64,000 nucleotides of DNA from Takakia lepidozioides (Eukaryota; Plantae; Bryophyta): contig CM060732.1 of NCBI GenBank assembly GCA_030704615.1, positions 56,730,001 to 56,794,000 of the forward strand. Direction: 5' to 3'. A model generated the notes under the pieces. It worked only from the letters and a program-made list of their open reading frames with translations. It was not told where the DNA came from and did no database searches. A program made the translations under genes and the position numbers. Shown here one piece after another: positions 54,961 through 64,000 of the stretch. Position 1 is the stretch's first letter, and every line of letters starts with the position of its first letter.

Positions 54961-56734
54961 TAGTGTTGTGCGCATACTGGTCCTGACCCTAGACCTGAAC
55001 CAGCATCGTCACCAAATACCCAGACTCGGACCCCTGGTTCATTTCAAGCCGGACGGATAACCAGCATGTAGCCCAGTGGTAATGGGCACATACCACGTTG
55101 GATGTGGTTGTGGGTTCAAACCACAGTCTGGTGTGTCATGAAAGTGTCCACCTTTTAGAAGGTAGTAGCCCTTGCAGTGAAGAGACACCATAATTTACGC
55201 TCCCTTTTGGAGGCGTCTATATTTTTGAACCCGGACCCGAACCGGAACCCAGACCCACCTAGTGGATCCAAAACTCGCCACAGGGGGGAGTGAAGCGAGT
55301 CGAGTATGGGTTTTAAGTTGAATAAATTTATAGATATAGAGGTATACGTTAAGGTTTTTTTAGGCAGATTCTCTTAGAGGCAAACTAAGAAGCAGAATAT
55401 GTAGTGGTCGCACAATATGCTTTGGCATAATTATAGGCTTGATTTTATACAGCCCATTACGATGTCTAGCCAATGAAAGGCTGCAAAGCTGCTCATTATA
55501 CTCTTCAAATTATCGCCAGTTTGACTTTGTAAAAGATCATTAATCCTTCAACATCCACCAAGCCCAAAATGGGCTTCATGGCCTACTTAATGGTAAATTG
55601 TTTTTTGAGATGTGCTTCAAGTTTTATGAAATCGGTGCCATAGAATGCCCTAGTGGTGTGCTAGGATTTGGCAATTAAATTGCTCTAATTTCAAGTTAAC
55701 GCATGGTTGACTCATCATGCAAGCAAGGGGTTTAGGTTTTGATGAAGTTGATTCTCTCTTTTTTCATGCTAAGATTTCTTCATACTTGTGTGAGAGAAAG
55801 CTCATTGTAAAGGGACTTGCCCTAGTTTGTGCAAGTAGCAGCACCACATGCATTGGCCAAATTGGATTATTTTTAGTTTGTTGGATGAGGGATCCCAAGG
55901 GAATGACGCCCTACTAATCTCGCCACTATCCAAGTTGATCCCCTCACTCAAATCTTAAAAAGATTGCCAAAAAATTTATGTTTGTTCAATGGGCCCAATA
56001 ATGGCCCCCACATTCAATGGTGATCTTGGATGTGGGGGAATGTGGGGCTGATTGGCCTGGAAATTGGCAGGTGGGTGCAGGAAGAAGGTAGGTATGCACG
56101 CAATGTATGGTCAAGTTCTTAACAAAACTAATTTTCTAAAAATTTACACCATTTTTTCACTACATGGGTCTTACATTTTGAAAAAGTCAAACTATGGCAC
56201 TTGGTATTTAAGGGTTAAGGTCTGCAGCCTCTGATTGGCAGGATGGGCAGCGGCGTGCCCATTCCATAATACATAAAATAAAATATGGCACTTACCTTAT
56301 ACTTGCGCCGCCTCTCCTCCCTCACTTGAGATTATCGCAAGTAATACTCTTCCGCCTCTCTCTCACTTGATTTTTTGCTTATTTGGGGTGGATCCTAAAT
56401 TATAATTTAATTCTTGTATCATCCTGTATGTAATTTGTGAATGAGCCATATATATGTATGGTACATCTTGAATATGTCCTAAAATAAAGTTTGCGATTGA
56501 GATTTAGTTATTTCTCCTATTTTCCAAATATAATTTTATTTCTAAATCAATCAATTAGGACCCGGACCCTTGAAACCTGAAAAATATATTCCGGCAACAA
56601 CCTGGACCCTAACCCGACCCTACGTTCAAACACCCGAATTTCAAAAACTTGGATCCGGACCCGGACTTTGGCTGTACAAAAAACCTGGACCCGGAACGGG
56701 CGGTTCCTTAAAAAGGCATACCCGCACAACACTA
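54961..56734. mobile_element. Non-autonomous hAT-like element
   Basis: 12-bp TIR TAGTGTTGTGCG / CGCACAACACTA, degenerate 8-bp TSD GTCCAAAG / GTCCACAC, and GGACCCGG subterminal repeats at both ends. Confidence 0.7.
55060..55132 (+). other. tRNA-like (SINE head-like) sequence
   Basis: A box TAGCCCAGTGG and B box GGTTCAAACC, paired D-like and T-like stems, imperfect acceptor stem. Confidence 0.4.
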
Positions 56735-58814
56735 GTCCACACCACAGACTCAGTTGGTCGGAGCCGTCTCAGCGGGTTCTTCTTTTTGCGTAGCAAGTGC
56801 CAGGCGTCGAGTACGGAACTTCACACGTGTCGGCAGTGGAGAGCGGATCCGCCTTCTGGAAGCGTCGACGTTTGACAGGGCGGGGCCACCGCCGTCGTGC
56901 GGGCATGTAACCGAGGGGAACGTCTCCTGCGTTGTCGCTCTCTCAGCGCGCAGCCCCCGCTCAAACAGGCAAACTAACACACGCAACCATGACTATATTA
57001 TATCCAATGTCAAGTAATCCCTGGCGGCCCAGGCCCCACTAAAACATGCAAACTCCAACATGAACCCTAACTATATCATATACAATGCAAATAACCATAC
57101 TAAAAATCCAGGGGCCTCATTTTGTGAGCTCCCAGGTCACTTTAATTTTTATTTATCCAACCACCAGTGGGTAGCTCAGTTCGGTAGAGCATGGACTCCA
57201 CTCCTCTAAATCCTGCTACCTTGTTGGGTGTGGTAAGTATCTTCTCCTCCCTTCCCTTGGCGAGGTTTCTTGTATAGCGGTTATTTTCTCCTCTCACTAT
57301 AATTACTGGGGCTGATTTACGAGCAGTCCGGTCGCTGTCTGGGTGTTTCTTTGAAAAGATATGTAGGTAACTTATATATGATAACTGAATAAGGAATCCA
57401 TCCTGTCGATTTAGTACACGGCCATCAAGATCCCTGTTTCTTTATTAAGTAAAAAATATTTGAAATCCAATACAGTGAATGTGGTCGTATCGGTAACCGG
57501 GGAAACCGACAGTGGCGGCCCAGAGCTCGGAAGCGGGTGGACGTCCTTGACTTGCTGTCCTTGTCCGCGGGGGCGAAAGTAAGTACTTATTAAATACTTG
57601 TGCAGGACACGAACAAGGCCCGGAAGAGTCCCACCACACTCCACGTTTTCCACACTTTCTTTCCCTTTTTCTTTTCCAATCTCCTCTACGAAGAAAACTT
57701 TGAATATTCGAGAAAAAATACTAATTCTCATTTAACATTATTTATATAATAGAAAATCATAAAAGTTGCCACTTGTCCGTCCGTTATACTTTTCCTTCAA
57801 AGAAAAGCACATTGTTTTCACGAAATGCCTATTTTATAAACTATAAATTCTTGTGTTTGTTTTGCTTTTTTATATTTCGTACTCGACAGGTACCCGAGAA
57901 AACATATATATGTACTGGGGAAGTACGGTGACAGTTTCCGAGTTGCAAAGGAGGACTTAAGGTAGTTACACCCAAATGTGAGCGCTTAAGCAGATATGCC
58001 CGTACAATTGGTGCAGTAAGGGGAAAAATTATATGACTGGATGAGCAATTGAACAAACAGCTTGTGGTTTGAATTGCATGAATTTTGGACGAAGTGGCTA
58101 ATGGATATATATTATCAAAGTGGCAGGGCACAAAAATGCTATGCCTGAGCTATAGAGGGTACCATAACTCACTGAAATATTATCTAATATGAAGCCTACA
58201 TGTGACCTGATATGCACGAGATGTGCACTTGAAATGGCCCAATAACTCACCCAACAGCTCGGCCCACAAGAGCAAAAGGTATCCTATTAAAGGCCTCCAT
58301 TTGACAAATACGCTGGTCACAGTATTCAGTACGTTTTTGTTCATATAACAAAGCACCATGGGGCCACAATGCCCGCGAAGGAACCTAAATCAGCCCGTTG
58401 GCAGTAAGGTCGCCATTTAAGGGCAGGCGGGACCACTTTACACCCCAAAAATAGGGGTCCATTTTGAGACCTGCTCATATTTGGGTGTTTCTACCTTAAA
58501 AATACGAAGTCGTAGTAGTAAAAATAGAGTAGATGTTGACAAGCATGCCGTTAGAGCACGTGGATGTGGCCGTCGTGGAACATTTCTTGTGAGCTGTGCA
58601 GGTGCTTGGAGGTATTTATTACTTGGAGGCCGCCTTCGTCTTCACGAGTGACGCCCCATCTGCTGGTCTGCTCTCGAGTCCCATGCATGTCGAGCGCTAT
58701 TTCTCTCCACTGACAAGCGCTAATATTAACGCCTTGCGCTTGTACTTTGAAGTTTGAACGCTGTTGTTTTGATTGGAGGCTTTAATGATCTGAGAGCTGC
58801 ACAGTAGAGCGAAG

Positions 58815-60709
58815 ATGAAGGTTGGAAGTTCCTTGGTGGTTGGTGTGGTCGCTCTCTTGAGTGGAGCAGGAGCAGCACATGCTGCAACACCTGCGACTGG
58901 TGGTCCACCGGGGCAGGTACTTCGGGGCTGTTTTGGCATCCATGAGATTCACAATCCACTGAATAAGAGTTGTCGCCCATCTTACACAAAGACGCACACA
59001 GACGCACACTGGGCGTTTTGTAATCTATGCACTGTTCTGCTTGGTTGTTTCGTTTGCTATCATCTCTGTTTCAGATGTCTTACCTCGGGGTTCATGAGTT
59101 TGCGTCCGTTCAATATGTCCTGTGTATGTAGCACAGGTGATTGAGTTCTCCTAATTCGTCATTAACTATACGGCACTTTAACATTCGGCGAAAGAGGGAG
59201 TCGTGGTCTGTGCGCTGCATGCTTGGATCAGGCAGGCCAACAGTCCCATCTACACATAACGTTTGTCTAAGATATTTCCATCTACTCAACATTGACCAAG
59301 ACAATTTTTCGTTTGATGGTACGGCAGGTAGCTCTACCGTTGCATTGGATCAAAATACATGGCTGGCTCATGTGGATATCGATGGGGTTCCTCATGCCAC
59401 TGGCTATCATACTGATCCGCTTCTCAAAGAAAGCCAGAATGAATGGGGACGCAAAAACCCTGAAGATGTTGTTCAACTTACACTTCGCAATTCAGGTCAG
59501 TTGAGAACTACGCGTGTAGGCATGCAGATCGCAGATTGCAGCATGTTAAATAACATTCATTGTCCATATTTGAGGCTAGCAGTCGTATCCAACTTTGATC
59601 GAACTTAGAAAAGAGGGGTCGAGGCCGGTGATGTTGGGTGTTTCTGCTGTACTTCAGCTCGTTTTTGTACGCATTTTATCTAAGGCGGACATGGGAACCA
59701 GGATTTTCGCTTTCGATCCAGTCGACGATTGGGATAGAAGACTAATTTTTGTAACTCCTTTGATTGCAGATATTGGCAGTTTGCGGCACCATAGCAGGAG
59801 CTTTGGTTGGAATGTTCAAGTTCGGCAACACGTTTCCATACACCCACGAACGGCTTGGCTTAGCTTTGATCATAGTAGTGTGGCTAGCTCCAATCGTTGG
59901 CCTCATTCGCCCAACACAGTACGTGAGCTTACCCTACCTCCTCCTGACGTCACAATACTCGATATCCTCTTGTGCATGCGCTTGTGTGATCAATCATCCG
60001 TCTATTGGTCATGAGCTTCACAGCGCAGGTCGCCAATTTCAGATCACTACCATTAATGGGAGGGTCCTGTCCAAAACAGTCCACATTCTCGATGGAAGCT
60101 GCGCATCATCTGTCATCTTTTCAGAAGCTTTCCACTAATATCCCTCTAGAGACGTGTATTTGCAAGAAGATGACCGATGCCAAATTACAGAGGTAGTATG
60201 ATAATAAACCCCACATTGACGTGCTTCTGCAAGACGGTGATCCTCAAGCGCATGCTGATGCCAATCTCATGCGATGTAGTGTAAGAAAACATTTCGTCCG
60301 AGCCCTGGCGTTTCCAGTCCACATGGTTCATTGGACTAATTGCTGTTATCATTGGATATGCAGTGGTGTCAGTTTGCGCCCCCTTTGGTATGCCGCCCAT
60401 TGGCTGCTGGGAACTGGAGGGGTAATCCTGGGATTCATCAACATCTATATCGGCATGCACATTTATGAGACCATCACCCAAAAAAGCCTCCGAACGCTCA
60501 ATATCTTGTTTTCAATCCAGCTCTCCATCATGGGATTTGTGTATCTCAAGCAAGATCGGTGGGATTATTTACTTGAACAAGGTCACATCTCCAAACCGGT
60601 TGGATCAATCCCTGGCACTGCACCTGCGCGGAAAGCTGGTGTATATGCACCCAGAGACAGCGACGGACCCAATTCACAACACACTGTTCAAGTTGTCCCC
60701 AACAACTAA
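58815..60709 (+). CDS. Cytochrome b561 domain-containing membrane protein, 4 exons (58815-58916, 59328-59495, 59770-59918, 60364-60709), 254 aa
   Basis: Signal peptide; heme-ligand His motifs HGWLMWISMGFLMP, LHFAIQ, HERLGL and HWLLG. GT-AG introns join into an uninterrupted 765-nt frame. Confidence 0.9.
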
Positions 60710-61558
60710 GTCTGCTGCAATAGTTGGTAATGTTGGGTTTCAAAATCCCCCAACAGTGATGATCATGATGACAGACAGGAAGAACCGAATCCATTTTTTG
60801 AGGTTTATCTACCAAACAATGGTAGACATTGATATCGGCTCTGGTTGATATTCAAACTGAATTCAGATGAAAAGATGAAACATAGTTTGGAGGTGGGGTA
60901 ATTTGGATCCTCCTCCCATATCCTCACCATTCATTTCCATCATCCACTGCTAGCATGATTACATGCTTATGTACAGTATACTTCAAGCTTAAAACTGAAG
61001 AACACCTTTGGTAGTGCTTACCCAGGTTGCCATGCATACAGTAGCTGCTACTTTAGCAGATGAGCTACAGCACCTTCCTTGTGTCCTAGTCAACCGCCGG
61101 GGCAAGATATTCTCAGCTCTGCCAAAATGTCAAGGACGCGAATCTGGACAATCAATTTGAAGCAAGAAAACAGTCCTCATCTCTATTCTCATTGGCTTTG
61201 GGCAGCAACCAAAATCGACAGGCATAATGACACCATGAATGAAAGATGCATGAACAAGCTAGCTCATAATAGCTGCACTGAAGCATTTTATCATGCTTTA
61301 GGAAAAACACACCAGAGATGGCAGACAAGTATGGGACATCAGCCAATGCAATACACATGACTAAAGAGTAGAAGGTAGGCTGGACAGAAATCACAGAGTA
61401 AATCACAAAAGTTTGTGATTAGTAGAAAACCATCCTCGCACTCCTGAAAGAACCCTATATAGCTGGGACAAAAGTCTCCATAAGAACTCAGGAGAAGGTC
61501 ATTCAGCAGCTCTTCCCTTTTTCTCACACACGAGTCCAATCCAAGAAACCAGTACTGG

Positions 61559-64000
61559 CTTTTTTCTTTTTTCTCTGCCCTCGATTTCTGCTCCATCTAT
61601 ATATGACGCCAGTTGAAGCTAGCGTAAATAAGAGCCTCTTCCCCATGTGGGTACTGGCCCCTTCCGGGGGTGGGCTCTATGGTAACAAGAACCAGTTACT
61701 AAGCTACAAGCTAGCCACTTTCAATCTTTCTTTTGTTGAGGATAATGGCTGTTAATGAAGTGATGGCCGTGAAGTGTAATGTTCGTAATAGGGGGGTATA
61801 TTTATGAGGTAATTTAAGGTTTTCTTTTAGGATTAGACTGTTGTGACAGTGAGCTCCCCCTCTGACACCAGCAATGATAATTGTCAGAGGGGCAGTGTTC
61901 CATCCATATTGACGGAGGGCTAGAACTAGGGGCTCGTATTTTTCACGTTTGAACATAATGGATTGGTCGGGATCTCTGTCATGACAGAAGGTAAATTCAA
62001 TGATGTGGATAGTGAGGGAGGGGAGTGGACGTGTTGGTGCTGCCGACGAGATGGGGAGCCCTTGGACAAGAAGAATATCTAGATATAATCTTGCCATACA
62101 TAATGGGATGTTTACAGTGGAGAAGAAGATGGGGCCATGTGTCCACTCGAGGGGGTTGGGAATAACATATAGGATATAATAGAGGCCAAAATAAATTACG
62201 CCGTTGATGGCCCATGTATTGTCCGTATCGAAATCGGAGCGTTTGTTTAATTTGGGCATCAGTGATTATTGGAGATTTGCAGAAGTGATTAGACATATGG
62301 TGGAGTAGCTGAGGTGGCGTAACCCATTTGGATATGTAGGGTTTTAGATAGGTGGGCGATGCACGGATTTGATCCATAGTTTCTTTTGTCATATATGCAT
62401 GCAGGTCCCAAATGGGGGCTATGTCCGGGAATCTAGCTTTAGTGGTTGTCAGCCAGAATGGATATGTGTGTGCCAGGTGAATAGGGTCAGTCGTGGGGTA
62501 AGTAGAAGGTTGGATGGTTCCAAGTTGGGCAAGTTCGTCTGCTATCTCATTACCCGTGATACCTATATGGGATCTAACTTTGTGGAGATGAATTTGTATT
62601 GGAGATGAGTGTACAATGCCTATGATGGCCTTAATGAGGTGAAGGTCATGGTGATGAATTTGAGAGGAGGGTTTAAGGTTTTGGTTAGAGAGGAGATACA
62701 AAGAGACTAAGCTATCCGTAAAGAGGTAGTAGCTGGTCGAACCAAGATGACATGGTAGTGCTTTCAACGCATCATGTATAGCCATGAGTTCTGCACGTAA
62801 AATATTTTGACGACCTGGAAGACGGTTGTATGTTCTTAAATTGTTATCGGGAGAGTATGTACCATACCCTGCATGTGCATCTTTTAGGGAGCCATCTGTA
62901 TATATACATTGGTGAGGAGGGAATTTTAAAGGGGCTAAGTTTGTAAAGTCCGGTATTTGTCCGAATGGGTGTTGTTGTTGGGCTGACCAAGGTGGTCGTG
63001 GGGTGGCCATATTCCATGGTTTGTCTTGGTTGATGCGAGGGTAGATGTGGGGCACTTGTTGCGGTTCATAGACTATGGCAGTAGGGCCAAACAACTGGTT
63101 TAGTATTTGCTATAATTGTGAAAAGAAAGTACATGGTATTTGTGGACTGTCTGAGTGGTGTACATAGACTAGTTTAGTTAGGGTTGGCTCTAGATATTTC
63201 ATATACTTTGGTAATGGTGGGGTTGATTCATAGATGATCGCACGTGGGTCAAATATAGCAAATGTGAACATTTCGGGGGGACTAGCCAGCATAGGGTGAT
63301 CAGTGTTATTGTGATTATTGTGCGGGATGTACAATACGATAAAGGCTTTTGCGGATATATGGGCAGCTATTCTTGCCCAATGGATTGCTTCGGTAGCTGT
63401 ACTATAGTCCGAGGGGTGCGCAAATCCCCTACCTTGCCAATGATGAGATCTGGCCAAGCCTAGAGAGCCGAAACACTGGTCTGCGTTATACAAGCTGGAG
63501 TAACTCTTCATCCCCATGGGGCATGTGAGAGGGTTAGAGTAGTATGAGTGAGTGAGTTTAAGTTCTGTTGTAAGAAAGTCTAGGAGGGCCATGGGTAAGG
63601 TTGAATGGGAACGTGCGAGAGAGAGCTTGTTGGTTGTGGTTTGACACTTGGGGGGCAAATCTTGAGCATAGCGCTGGAGGAGTGTGGAAACTTTTGCCTC
63701 AAATGTTGGCGGGATCTGGGGTTGCAATCTAGGTAGGGGGGTTTAAATGAGACATATTCCATAGCCAGTTCAATCTAGCAAGTGATATGCTTCCAATGTA
63801 GCAGCCTAGTGGTCCATATATGTAGGCAAGGCCAGCGTGGGTCTGGATCTTTGGGTGGGTGCAGAGAATATCGATGTCTGGGTTGCACTTGTCTAAAGAA
63901 ATATTTAGGTTGGATACATTTCTTGGTGGGCTAATGAAACGTTTGTCAGAAGTTCGCTAAATAGTTAATGTTGGTTCTGCGGTAGTAATCAGCTATCATT
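61559..64000 (-). mobile_element. 3' part of a non-LTR retrotransposon (Dualen/RandI-like): MTase-like segment, RNase H, Zn knuckle remnant, restriction-like endonuclease
   Basis: RNase H YTDGS...RAELMAI...TDS...KVRSHIGITGNEIAD (62520-62905); DTWPHLLLHC; LDI...IIEFTFC...KREKYEPL...GW...GVRG. Candidate GAAAAAA tail at 61559-61573. Confidence 0.8.

Noticed and set aside
55535-56218. Second piggyBac-like element ending tttaagggttaa
   Set aside because: The candidate left end is too degenerate to support.
57165-57200. tRNA gene (GGTAGCTCAGTTCGGTAGAGC)
   Set aside because: Only a D-arm/A-box-like half; no B box or T arm follows.
63110-63112. Readthrough stop in the LINE ORF
   Set aside because: The context TAG CAA ATA does not fit CARYYA and only one copy is available; probably a nonsense mutation.

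Overview
Plant nuclear DNA (PLS-type PPR, OSB-like and VTE3 fragments, GT-AG introns; probably a seed-free plant, which is an inference). It is almost entirely nested transposable elements, plus one intact host gene (cytochrome b561-domain protein, 58815-60709). The main discovery is a Ty3/Gypsy-like retrotransposon family present in two diverged copies: copy A (+, about 12650-53527, interrupted twice) and copy B (-, 36918-50401, TSD TATG). Its polyprotein reads Gag-protease-DNMT3-like C5 DNA methyltransferase-[conserved UAG CAA YCA readthrough-type stop]-RT-RNase H-DDE integrase-PHD finger. Instead of two LTRs and a tRNA primer site it has split direct repeats (A...B-A-B) with a palindromic B/A junction. 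Other elements: a MULE with a GCM-like/DDE/SWIM transposase and a non-autonomous relative; a 13.6-kb LTR Gypsy with extra ORFs; a 20-kb Pack-CACTA; a TTAA piggyBac-like MITE; a hAT-like element; and the 3' part of a Dualen/RandI-like LINE carrying a PCIF1-like methyltransferase-fold segment. All calls come from reading motifs by eye, with no database searches. Many frameshifts are 1-nt indels and could be assembly errors.
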